Virus record (IMG/VR): IMGVR_UViG_3300001460_000017
Reading direction: 5' to 3' (one strand)
DNA: 20,000 nucleotides
Source: an uncultured virus (IMG/VR IMGVR_UViG_3300001460_000017)
Lineage: Duplodnaviria > Heunggongvirae > Uroviricota > Caudoviricetes
The translations under genes were made by a program, and so were the position numbers. Positions 1 to 10,900 of this stretch are shown piece after piece. The notes beneath the pieces were generated by a model, which was not told the origin of the DNA, did no database searches, and saw nothing but the letters and a program-made list of their open reading frames with translations. The first letter of the stretch is position 1, and each line of letters starts with the position of its first letter.

Positions 1-47
1 ACAGTTGCTATCAGTGTTCCATCAAATTTGTTAACAATATATGCCAT
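1..47 (-). CDS. 5' end (partial) of a probable third paralogous tail-fibre/baseplate-associated protein
   Basis: Not in the ORF track. ATG at 47-45 reads MAYIVNKFDGTLIAT and stays open to the window edge. It resembles the N-termini of the neighbours MSYRLNKTDGSLLVD (2284) and MAYTISFTD (4314). An SD-like AAGGGA lies just upstream. Confidence 0.75.
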   Translation of the reverse strand, partial: MAYIVNKFDGTLIAT

Positions 48-65
48 AAATCCCTTTGTTTCTTA

Positions 66-73
66 TATTTATC
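66..73 (-). promoter_or_regulatory. Putative T4-type late promoter (GATAAATA)
   Basis: Minus strand reads GATAAATA in the 29-bp gap between the TAG at 77-79 and the ATG at 47. It matches the TATAAATA/NATAAATA late-promoter consensus of T4-like phages. Confidence 0.55.
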
Positions 74-76
74 GTC

Positions 77-2284
77 CTACGGAGTTAATGTTAGTGTTAT
101 TTCTCTATCAAATGTCCAAGCACCGCCATTAACACCAAATTGTAATAGTTTTCTTGTAGGAGCAAAAGTGATTGATCCTGTTACATTTGATGCATTAGAT
201 AACTCTTCTATCACCTGTTTATTCGCCGCACCCACCGTTGGAGTTCTTTCCACTGTACCAACTGTACAAGTGGCTCCGCCCCAGCCTGCCGCTGAAGTGT
301 CTAAATTGATTGTGAAACTCACAAAGTTTGGAGATTCTGCTGGGAATTCTGCCGCCTGTATTGTGTAGTTGCCATCTATGTTTGCTGTAACACCATTTAC
401 CACAGTTGTTCCTGTGATCACAACTTGTTGTGCACCTTCATAAAAATGCGAAGCAGTTGTTGTAATTTTTGTTGTTGTTCCTAAATTAGGATCTTGTGCA
501 CCAAACGTAACACTTTGTATTGTTCTTTGTTGTACAGTGATTGTTTGGTCAACCTGTGTAAAGTTTTTCAATCCTGAAAAATCAATTGTTGGTATTGTGA
601 AACCACCGCCAACACCGTAATCAACTGTAAGTACTCTTGCCAAAGCACCGTCGCTTCTTGCTGGAATCACACTGTTAACAAACACACCTAATGGTGGTTC
701 TGCAGAACCACTTCCGTATCCTGCAACAGGATAAAGTGATTGTAAAACTTCTCTTGTGTTAAGATAATTATTTCCCACAGTGTTTTGTGTAAAACCTGAA
801 ACATCTAATTGTAAACTTATAATTGTAGATCCGTCTGTGTATTCTTTTGTAGCAACATCTGAAGCATTAATTGGTGTTCCAACGCCTGTAATTCTTTTGC
901 TACTTAAAACTTCTATAGCCGCTGTGTCTGAACTTAATTTTAATGACTGTGCATTTTGACTAGTGATTGTGGATCCGTTAATATTAACATCATCTACATT
1001 TAAATTTACCAAAGTTCCTACTGATGTTAATGATGATCCTAAAACCGAACCGCCTAAAGCAGTTTCTGTTAACACAGTGTTTGTATTAATTTTGATACCT
1101 CTACCAACAGCAAAATCTAAATATTCAGAACTTGTCCAAGCATCTGTACCGTCTGCCCAGGCAAATGTTTTATCACCGTCTGTAGATTTTAAAGTTATTC
1201 CGCCACCATCTGCTCCAGCATCGTTAGTTGTTGCACCTGAACTGGAAAGATTTAATTCTATGTTTTTATCTTCAACTCTTAAAGTAACTGTGTCAACTGC
1301 TGTTTGTGTTCCGCCTATAGTTAAATTTCCATCTATGATTGCATTTCCACCTACGTGTAAAGTTGCTGTTGGAGTTGCTTTGTAAATTCCAACTGCTGAC
1401 GCAGAAGTGTCTATTTTGAAAGCAGAAATTTCAGCAGGTGTTCTTACTTTGATTTCTACATCTTGATTTGATAGTTGATTTGCTATTGTGAATGCATTGT
1501 TAGTAAATTCTAATTTTGTATTTTGGTTTAACCCAAGAGTCAATCCTGCATTGTTTTGAATTGTAAGAGCACCTGTTGTTGTATCATCACTGTCTGATAC
1601 CAAGTACTGATCTGCTGTACGAACAAAACCATTACCGTCTACTAATGATTCAGCAATTGTGGCTGTGCCTTTGTATTTGTAATCTGTTCCTACTGTGTTA
1701 AAACCTTTTACTATTGTTCCTGTTGGATTAGCCGTTGTAACTAAATCAGTAATTACTTGTGCCGCAACTGGTGTAAAAGTTGCATTTGAATGAACTCCAA
1801 CAATGTTACCACCTACAAACATTTTAACCACTGTTTGTGTAATGTTTTGTGTGTCAAGCACACTTGCTACTTGGTGACCTGATGTTCCTTGTGCTGTAGA
1901 ATAATCAGGACCTACTAATTGTAATCTTGTACCATCATAAAAATACAGTTGGCTTGTTACACTATTGATCCAAAGATCACCTGCAACCATGTTAGGTTGT
2001 TGCTCTGCAACTGTTGTTCCGCCTGATGATGTAAATGCTGTTCCGTTATAAACTTTTAATCTATTCTCTGCTGTGTCAAACCAAAGTTGTCCTCTTAATG
2101 GATTGATCGGAGCAGATGCGTTAGCAAAGTTTTCTAATATTTGTATAAAGTTTTCATTTAATACTTCACCAAAACCTGAATAGTTTCTTCCTATCAGTGT
2201 AAGATCACTGGAAGTGGTATCTAATTGACCGTCAACTAAATCTACAAGTAAACTGCCGTCAGTTTTATTCAACCTATAACTCAT
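77..2284 (-). CDS. Phage tail-fibre-like virion protein, 735 aa
   Basis: N-terminal LIGRNYSGFGEVLNENFIQILENFAN..P..GQLWFDT..LKVY domain with a second GDLW..QLYFYDG repeat. Gly/Thr/Asn-rich beta-fibre segments (VGIYKATPTATLHVGGN, DGGGITLK, SSLTSVGTL) and a trimeric neck-like motif ITGVGTPINASDVATKEYTD. A GGAGG RBS precedes the start, which overlaps the upstream stop (TAATG). Confidence 0.8.
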   Translation of the reverse strand: MSYRLNKTDGSLLVDLVDGQLDTTSSDLTLIGRNYSGFGEVLNENFIQILENFANASAPINPLRGQLWFDTAENRLKVYNGTAFTSSGGTTVAEQQPNMVAGDLWINSVTSQLYFYDGTRLQLVGPDYSTAQGTSGHQVASVLDTQNITQTVVKMFVGGNIVGVHSNATFTPVAAQVITDLVTTANPTGTIVKGFNTVGTDYKYKGTATIAESLVDGNGFVRTADQYLVSDSDDTTTGALTIQNNAGLTLGLNQNTKLEFTNNAFTIANQLSNQDVEIKVRTPAEISAFKIDTSASAVGIYKATPTATLHVGGNAIIDGNLTIGGTQTAVDTVTLRVEDKNIELNLSSSGATTNDAGADGGGITLKSTDGDKTFAWADGTDAWTSSEYLDFAVGRGIKINTNTVLTETALGGSVLGSSLTSVGTLVNLNVDDVNINGSTITSQNAQSLKLSSDTAAIEVLSSKRITGVGTPINASDVATKEYTDGSTIISLQLDVSGFTQNTVGNNYLNTREVLQSLYPVAGYGSGSAEPPLGVFVNSVIPARSDGALARVLTVDYGVGGGFTIPTIDFSGLKNFTQVDQTITVQQRTIQSVTFGAQDPNLGTTTKITTTASHFYEGAQQVVITGTTVVNGVTANIDGNYTIQAAEFPAESPNFVSFTINLDTSAAGWGGATCTVGTVERTPTVGAANKQVIEELSNASNVTGSITFAPTRKLLQFGVNGGAWTFDREITLTLTP

Positions 2285-4314
2285 TATGCTCCTCCAGTAT
2301 ATATGATGTAGTTTAATGTTAAGTATGGATTCATCACATCCATTGCTTGTCCTATTGTTCCGTCTATGCCACCTGAGTTAGGTAATTGTTGAGCACCATT
2401 GGTATTTGATAAATCTGGTCCGCTTGTTGTTGTTACTTCTGGATCTGTAGAAGCACCTGCAATGTTTCTACCTGCAAAGAATTGATCTCCATTGTCTGCT
2501 CTTAAATCGTGTTCGTGATCTGGAAGATTTTCTTTCGCAATAGTTTTTGTTTCGTTACCAGCACCTAAACCTAATCCATCTGCTACAGGTGATGTCACTC
2601 TGTCTGCAGAACCTTGTCCTAATCCAGGATTGCTCATGTTGTCTTTACCTAATGGAAATCTACCACGCATATCTGGTAATTTAAATACTGAAGAACTACT
2701 TGGAGTTCCATACTGAGTTCCTATTGCTTGAAACAATTGATTATAAACTGATCTTTGTAATTCAGCACCATCACAAAACAACCAGTCTGTAGGAGCAGTT
2801 GCTCCAGCAAAAGGCATCATTGATGCTACTGGTGGTGTTGGTATTGCGTTAATGATTGCTCCAACAGTTGTTTTAAAAATTCCTGTTGTTCCTGATGTTC
2901 TGTTAATGATAACTTCATCTCCAACATCGCTAGTAGTTGTTAATGTTTGATTACCTATAAATGAATTGTTTATGCTTGTTGTAAAAGTTTTTGTTGTTCC
3001 ACCAGTTTGTCCGTCAAACGAAACATCTACTGCTGTAACATCTCCTGCCAATCTAAATGTTGTTGCTTGAGCAAGTTTATCTGCAGAAGTGGCACTTGTA
3101 GCATTTCCTGTGATACTACTTGTTACAACACTGCCTGCTTGTATTTGGTTGGCGTATACTGTATTGTATCTGTTTGTAGTTGATCCAAGATTATAAGTTA
3201 AATTTTGTGAAGGTAAAACAGTTTGTGCTGTTATGTTGCCAGCAAACGTTCCTGCTCCACCTATGTGTGCATCAAGAGCCACACCTAAACCACCTTTAGA
3301 AACAATTGCTCCTGAACCTATATTGATTGATGGTGATGTGCTGTTTGATACTATTGTGCCTGAGGATAAAATATTTCCTGTAACATCTAATGCTTCATTT
3401 GGATTTGTTTTATTAATACCAACTTGTTGTTGTGAACTTATTCTCATCACTGTTGATACTGAACCACCACTGTTTAATCTAAAATCTATTTCTTCATCTT
3501 GTGTTCCTAGTTGAATTATACCTGCTTGGTTTTCAACAAACATTTTAAATGTTCCAGCGGCACCAACTTCTATACCTTCGTCAGTTTTAATTTTAATAGG
3601 AAAGTCAGTTAATGATGTTGTGTCTGATCTTAAAAAATTTCCTGCGGCAACTGTTGTGTTACCAACTACTAATGATTCTGCTTTTTCCGATGTTCCATAT
3701 AGTTTGTTTACATCAGAACCAAAATTTGTTGAACTTAAATTTACTCCTGGATTTAATGCTGAAAAGCCTGGGATAGTAATTTTAGGAGTGAATGAACTTT
3801 TAGAAATTATAGCAACTGTTTGTGCTTCGACTTCAAGTTTTACAATGTTGTATGTTAAATCATCTGTACCTATTACTGATACAGGAGTTGCTCCAGTAGT
3901 TAAACCTTGACTGTATTGTGGACCAATTAAAACCCAACCTGAACCTGTGAACAAATATAATTGTTGAGCATTTGTGTCTACCCATAAATCTCCTGAAATA
4001 CTTTCAGATGCACTTGGTTGATTGATTGCTTTTTTCAATCCACCTGACGCTACCCAATTTGCTCCATCATATACTTTAAGTTGATCTACACCTGCTGTGG
4101 TATCAAACCAAAGTTGTCCTTCAATAGGTCTTAATGGTGCTGTACTGTTAGCAAAATTTTCTAATAAATGTAAAAAGTTTTCCGATATAACTGTTCCGTA
4201 TGAAGTGGTATTCTTTCCTGGAAAATTAACACTGGTCTGATTGTTTACCGTGTTGTCTTCTATCGTGATAGTGCCTTTGTTTACAGCATCTGTGAAACTT
4301 ATAGTGTATGCCAT
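2284..4314 (-). CDS. Phage tail fibre protein with C-terminal tail-collar domain, 676 aa
   Basis: Clear collar motif PVASMMPFAGATAPTDWLFCDG..YNQLFQAIGTQYG..FKLPDMRGRFPLG (~2645-2835), followed by LPDHEH (HxH) and a terminal MNPYLTLNYII, as in T4 gp12-like collar/tip regions. The first ~320 aa are paralogous to the 735-aa ORF. Confidence 0.88.
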   Translation of the reverse strand: MAYTISFTDAVNKGTITIEDNTVNNQTSVNFPGKNTTSYGTVISENFLHLLENFANSTAPLRPIEGQLWFDTTAGVDQLKVYDGANWVASGGLKKAINQPSASESISGDLWVDTNAQQLYLFTGSGWVLIGPQYSQGLTTGATPVSVIGTDDLTYNIVKLEVEAQTVAIISKSSFTPKITIPGFSALNPGVNLSSTNFGSDVNKLYGTSEKAESLVVGNTTVAAGNFLRSDTTSLTDFPIKIKTDEGIEVGAAGTFKMFVENQAGIIQLGTQDEEIDFRLNSGGSVSTVMRISSQQQVGINKTNPNEALDVTGNILSSGTIVSNSTSPSINIGSGAIVSKGGLGVALDAHIGGAGTFAGNITAQTVLPSQNLTYNLGSTTNRYNTVYANQIQAGSVVTSSITGNATSATSADKLAQATTFRLAGDVTAVDVSFDGQTGGTTKTFTTSINNSFIGNQTLTTTSDVGDEVIINRTSGTTGIFKTTVGAIINAIPTPPVASMMPFAGATAPTDWLFCDGAELQRSVYNQLFQAIGTQYGTPSSSSVFKLPDMRGRFPLGKDNMSNPGLGQGSADRVTSPVADGLGLGAGNETKTIAKENLPDHEHDLRADNGDQFFAGRNIAGASTDPEVTTTSGPDLSNTNGAQQLPNSGGIDGTIGQAMDVMNPYLTLNYIIYTGGA

Positions 4315-4317
4315 TTA

Positions 4318-4929
4318 TTACCCTTCGTTAAAACCTGTCAAACTCTGAACTCTAACTGTATAGTCAATCTGTATTAATCTGTTTAAACTTTTTTGTACTG
4401 GGTGAAAAATTACGTGTGTTAGTAATTTACCTGTACCACTTGGTGAATAACTCACCAATCCTAATTCATCAAACACATACAAACTCTCTGATGCACTTGC
4501 AGTGTCAACAGCATCTTGTCCGTTTGGTTCTCCATAGTCTAATAAACAAGTTACAATAACATCTGTATAATTTGTTCCATTAATGTGTCTTGTTTCTATT
4601 TTGTTTCTTTGTGGATCTAGGTTTGAAACTGATCTGTCGTCAACAATTTTTGTGTATGTTTGGTTGTACAGTGTAGCATTTGTACCTGTACTGTTTGGAG
4701 TAAGATATGTGATGATACCTGTTGGGTCAACACTTGTTCCGCCGTTTCCAAACGACATTGAATTTATGAATCCTTGCCCCTGATTAGCAATACTTTCTGC
4801 CAAAGCAACACTCATATTCTCATAATGAATTGCATTGCGTTTATCAACAAAAACCTTGTCTGATTCAGGATCGTGTATCTTAATATGTCCTTGTATTAAT
4901 ACACCACTGTTGTCTTTAATTTTGCTCAT
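4318..4929 (-). CDS. Conserved phage structural protein, 203 aa; possible fibre-attachment/baseplate adaptor
   Basis: Intact ORF with a CGGAG RBS inside a structural operon. The pattern GHIKI..N..MSFGNGG..FDELGL..LLTHVIFHPVQKSLNRLIQIDYTVRV recalls the beta-sandwich baseplate-attachment domain of tail fibres (P2 gpH N-terminal/DUF3751-like). This is recognised by eye only. Confidence 0.65.
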   Translation of the reverse strand: MSKIKDNSGVLIQGHIKIHDPESDKVFVDKRNAIHYENMSVALAESIANQGQGFINSMSFGNGGTSVDPTGIITYLTPNSTGTNATLYNQTYTKIVDDRSVSNLDPQRNKIETRHINGTNYTDVIVTCLLDYGEPNGQDAVDTASASESLYVFDELGLVSYSPSGTGKLLTHVIFHPVQKSLNRLIQIDYTVRVQSLTGFNEG

Positions 4930-4950
4930 TTTTGCTCCGTTCTACCATTG

Positions 4951-4958
4951 TATTTATT
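4951..4958 (-). promoter_or_regulatory. Putative T4-type late promoter (AATAAATA) overlapping the giant ORF stop codon
   Basis: Minus strand reads CAATAAATACAATGGTAGAACGGAGCAAAAATG. The motif lies about 20 nt upstream of the ATG at 4929, a spacing similar to that of the motif at 66-73. Confidence 0.55.
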
Positions 4959-7900
4959 GCGGCACAGCCACTTCCTTTTGACGTATGAATCTTGCGATGT
5001 CATTTTCTGTCTGACTCAGTGGATCTGTTCCTGTTTGCCATATTTTACCTTGTTTTCTAACCAGCAAAATTTGGGCATTTTCGGCTGGTGTGTTAGTAAA
5101 TGTTATCACAGCAGTTGAACCTGTAACACTGAATTCAGCAGGAACAGTGCTATCTGCTTCAGGACTGTCTTGTCCTAGTGCAGGATTATACACACTTATA
5201 CTATTTTTTCTTAATCTCTTGCCACCTACAAACAATTCAAATTCATTTGCTGATTTAGGTGTAAAGCCAATGTTTAATGTATTGTTTACCACATTTGCAC
5301 CTGTATATGTTTCAGATATGAAAGAATCTTTGTATGGTACATTTTGGAAAGCACTCTGATCGTACACATCAGTATTGGAATGATGTACTTCTGCTATACC
5401 AGTACCAAATGTTCCACGTCTTAATTGTTCCAGAGAGTTACCATCTTTTTTGTAGTATTCAATTCTTTCGCCATCTATAAAGACAATACCTGGAAGTTGC
5501 GAAGCAACACTAGGTTCTGTGATTCCAGTAGCATCTGTCAGCACAATCTTTTGGTCATTCCATAGTAAATTTTGTGCCAATGTGTACTGCTTGTCATCAC
5601 CAATACGTTTGAAGTGAGTTCTGTTCATTATATCTTTAAATTGTCTGTAAGCAAACTTACCTACAAAAGATGGTGCAGTGAAATGAATCACATCTATTTC
5701 ATCGTTCTGAGATAGTGTTCTGCTAATTTTCAAATACATCTGATTGTTGGACACTGAATAGTCTATGCTAGGTGCTAACCATTCTCCGTTCAAACATACC
5801 CAAACATATTGAGCATCAACAGCCGGTCTGTTTAATTTTACAACACCATTTGTCAATTGATTGTATTGATAATAGTCGTCTGTGTTAGCAGTGATTGATA
5901 ATTTTGCTACAACATCATATTGTGCTCTATCTATATCTTGTACATCATGTTTACTGAATTGATAAGAAGTAATTGTGCTTGATTGTGCTGGAGCAGTTGT
6001 AAATGTAATTGCTCCTGTGTCACTCACACTGTATTCTCCATTTTCAATATAGACATCTACTGTGTCGCCTGCTAAACCTATACCACCAGTCAATGTTATA
6101 CTTGAATTTCCTGGGTTCCATCTGTATTCTGCAGATGTAAGTTCAACTTTATTTAGGTATGCTCTTACTTCTGATGCATTAATTGTGCCTGGCAATACTT
6201 GCCAATTTTTAAATTCGTATTCTCTTAATGTGCTTACTGTAAATTGTTTATGGAATCCACTTCGTAACACATCATTATCAACTTTTACAATCACATTGTT
6301 TGTGAAAGGTGTTTGTGTGAAAGGTGTTTGATTCATTTGATATGTTGCTGTGCTTCCGTCACCTGTGAAAGTGTCTTGAGTAACTTCGCTGAAAGATTGT
6401 GACGCACTTTCATACACCACTATGTTGATATAACTGTCTGATGCAGGAGCAGAATTAAATCTAATTGCTACTCTATTAGGAACAGCATAAGAAGAATCTG
6501 TTTCAATTACAGAATATGTGGCATCTTGTCCATTTACTTTTACAAAAGTTTGTATATTGCCTGCTTTGAATTTTGCTCTAGTTACATATTCAACTGTACT
6601 TCCATCACCTGTAAATGTATCAACGTCAAGTATAGCCTCTCCATTGTTACCCATGGTAATAAAGTTAATTTTACTGCCCACTGCTGGTGCTACATTGAAA
6701 TTAATGTATTTGTCTTGGTAATCAACTGTAAATCGATTTGTATCGAACAAAATATTATTAACACTTAAAAATATTGCTGTATTGCTTTGTGGTGCATCTA
6801 CAAAATTGAATTGTGTTGTTACACCATCACCAATATAGTTGTAACTATTAATTTTACTACCTGAATTTTTACCTCTGTCATACACCTGAATATCTAAAGT
6901 ATCTAATATTTGTCCTGGAACAAATTCTTCTGGACCTTTAGCAGAAGTTTCTGTTACAAATCCGTCACCATCAACATTTATATCTTCTGCATTTATACCT
7001 TGGGCAGTTGAATATGCCAAGTCTCCACCTTTGATCAACGTATCAACTATGTTTGGATCTGGTAAAAATGCTCCATCACTTGTGGATTTTCTTACAATAA
7101 TTGTATCACCACTGTCTGTTTCTAACATACTGATATCAACAGTTTTTGTAGAACCATCACCTTGTAATGAATTCATTTGTGCTAAAATGTTTGTAGGATT
7201 ACCGGCATCAAATGCAGGATCATCTACTCTTTGTCCATTTTGATAAATGTGATATTCAATACCTGATGCTAAAGTGTTTGATAGATTTAATGTAAGTGTA
7301 CTTCCATCTAGATAGAATACTTCGTCTTCATAACTTTCATCAAATGTATCCCACTCGCCTTGCATATAAGGTTCATTGCCCCAACCGGAGTTATTTTCAA
7401 AACCTATACTTCGTACTTCAACTCCACCATAATCAATTCCATCAATTACCTGTGCTAATTCTTTTCCAGGCATACCTGATGTTGGTTGATACAATGCAAA
7501 TCTGTCAGCAGTGTTTAATACATCTTCATTTATTTTGTAACTAATTGAAATTGCAGACAAGTTTGCTGGTGGTAAAGTAAATTCAATATATCCTGATTGT
7601 CTTACATAACTTTTTGTTGTGTCTGTTTCATTTTTGTATACAAATGTACTTTTCAATTGTTTTTTACCTGCTACAAGAACAGTAATTGTATTTGTACGTA
7701 AATCCATTGGCCATTTTAATTTAAATTTTAACTGACTGTTGTTACCTGTAAACGTTTCTGTTCTTTGTAAACTAGTAACAAAAGTATCGCCTGTGTTTCT
7801 GTCGAATTTAATTCCTATATGAGATGTTCTTGATAAACTTTCACCTAGCACAGCACTTGCTATGGCTAAAGTACCTGTTGTTGAACCACTTAAAGTTACT

Positions 7901-10900
7901 GTTGGAGAAGAAATATATCCTGATCCACTGTTTGTAACATTTATTCTGTATACTGCACCATTTTTAATATAAGCAGTAGCAGTTGCACCTGTTCCGCCTC
8001 CGCCTGTTATTACAACAGCAGGAGCATTCGTGTAAGATGTTCCACCATTTGCAATATTAATTGCTGTAATTTTGTAACCTACATTATCTTTCCAATTTTT
8101 ATCTGGATATGTAGTAATACCATCTGCACCTACTAATTGATTATTGTTCACTGTAACTTTTGATGGTGTTATTACACCGTCGATGTATTTAGGTGGATAA
8201 TCAAAATCAGTTATTACAGAATTTGTTGGTTCTGTTTTCTCATAAGAACTAACATATTCTCTAATTTTAGATTTATATGGTTTAACTTCTTGTATATAAT
8301 CTTCATAATTAGATAGATTATCATTTTTAAATGTTATTTTTTGTTCTAATTGTCCAACATTGTGTTGAGCCTTAATAAAACTTGTTTTGAATACAAAATC
8401 ATTCAGTTTGTTTTCAGATAAAGCATATCTAATTCCAGCAAAGTACATTTTATTGTATTCTATTGCTAATTCTTCTACAAATATTTTGTCTCTAATTGTT
8501 TCTAATATTACACGTGTCTCTTGAATTGGCTGTCTATCATACAATTGAACATCAAAACTGTTTGAATCGAAACCTACGTTGCCACTGTACACATATAATT
8601 TGTCAGAGAACTGAATAGTTCCGTTCTGTCTTCCTATTGTTTGATAATTTACAGTGTAATCAACATCTACTTGATTGTCAATTTTTTTCAATAATAACCA
8701 ACCACCAGAACCAATAGTTTCAATTTTTACAATTTGTCCTATACTACAATCTAACGCATTTATTTCATAACTTTGTGATATCACATGGTCAATAGCAGTA
8801 AATTGATTGTAATTTGTTTCGTACCAATCAGCATAACTCCAATATAAATTTACATTGAATGCTTGAATTTTTGTTTTCTGCCAACCATCGCCACTATTGT
8901 AATCATATATTGCCCATTTTCCATCAACTGTGCTATCAGCAGTGATTAATGCACTAAATGTTCTTACTTCAATTGTTGCAGTGTCTTTGTAATTACTACC
9001 TTCTTGTAAGACTTTAGCACTATTAATTGAACCATTTACATCGATTGTTAATCCTATTACAGCACCTTCACCTGTGATGCTTTTTATTTTGTATGTTGGT
9101 ATTGATTTGTATCCTTTACCTGCGTCTGTTATTGTAACGTTAGAAATTTTGCCATCTGTTACTGTGATATTCAATGATGCAGGCTTGACGGATCCCACTC
9201 CTACAAAATTTAATTCGTTTTCAGTGTCAATTGTTGTGTCAAATAGACCTGTATTGATAGTTGGTGCTGGATCTGATTTTATTAAATTACTAATATCAAT
9301 TTCATCAACAACTAATTTTGTTTTTAAAGAAGCATTAACTCTTTCCATAGTTTGTTTAAGTGCTTCTTGTTTATCAGCAAACCAACTCTGTCTTGGAGTT
9401 TGTAATGTACCATATTTTAACTTGTCGCTCAAATTAGGATCTGGTACAGGATTTAATTTTGAATCATAACCAATTAAACTGTCAAACCATACAGTTTCTA
9501 TGTCTTTAGGTAAAGTGCTTGTAGCAGAATCTTGTGTTATCAAAGCATATTCTTTGTGAACATTGTTTTTAGTATCAACTGTATGCAATCTAAAACTAAT
9601 AATTGTATCATTGCTTTGAATAAATGAATCACAGTTTACAAGAGCAAATTTATTTTTGCCAAACACTGTAATGTATTTGTAACCTTGAGATCTAGGATCT
9701 TTAATTAGTTTTTCAACAGCACTAGCACTTAAACTTCTTGTTTCTAATTCCGGTGTTGTTGTTTTGCTCTTGACCCAATAAAAATATCTATTGGACAATA
9801 CACCAGCAACTTTGTCATAAACTTTTTTAGTTACAAAATCTGTTGCATTTACAACTGTTCCAGTAACGCCTAATGCATCTCCTTCACCAGATGCACTAAT
9901 AGTGTTGTATTGTGTAGGAGTATAAGATGATTCAATCCATTCATGCACATCAATACTAGCACCCACAAACAATTTGTTCCAATACGAATTATTAAAAATT
10001 ATATTGCTTTGATATGGATAGTAGTATGTTGCTTTGCTGATGTTCCACCATAATTTTCCTACCTGTGTGTCATCCCAATGATTAGTTGTGTCAATAGTTC
10101 CTACTGCTGTAGAACTGTTGTAAACAGCCGGGTCATAATTTGTTTTGTATGAAATTTCAGATTCTGCTGGTCCAGGAATTTTTCCAAATATTGGATCAAC
10201 ATAATCTAATCTTGTTAATAATTTGTTTGTTGACTTGCTGTAAAGGAAAACTCCTTGTATTTTTGACAAGTCTGGTTGATCTATTCCTTCGCTACTTTCA
10301 TGAATACTATTCCAATTAAATTCTGTAGGTGCTTTTCTAAAGTCAACCAATGTTCCTATTTGTTTATTTTCTAATTGTAATTTAGGTAAGCCAACATAAA
10401 CGTGATTGTTGTTAACCAATAAATTAGTTCCAAATTGTTCTAGTGTATTGTTGACGTATGTGAATTTTTCACCATACAATAATGTGTTTTCAAATTTTTG
10501 ATACAGATGGATTGATCCTACATCTGATTGTGTTTCAATAAATTTGGTCATTTCACCATCGAACACTGTTTGTCCATTGTCTATAAGTGTTGTTAATTGT
10601 TGATCACCTTTTAATGATGTCACTGCTAACACATCTCCACTAAACGATAGTGTATTTCCAAATTGCTCTGAAGTTTCTTTGCTTGGACTTATTAATGTTT
10701 GATTTAGTGCGTACTGTCCAGAATCATTGCTAACTTTTTTGTAAACATAAACTGATCCCATGTCTATTTCAGCAATGTCTTTCAACGGACTTCCCACAGC
10801 AATTAATTCCCCATCTCCAGATATGCTTATATCTGCTCCAAAATTGATTATTGTAGCAGAATCATCTATAGGTGTTATTGTTTGTTTGTATGTGAAATGT

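Noticed and set aside
47..79. TAG readthrough or stop-codon recoding fusing the 735-aa gene to the next gene
   Set aside because: The next ATG (47) is in a different frame, and all long ORFs are intact in the standard code, so there is no sign of recoding.
77..2500. Diversity-generating retroelement target in the fibre C-termini
   Set aside because: No reverse transcriptase, no template/variable repeat pair differing at adenines and no C-type-lectin-like terminus is visible in the window.
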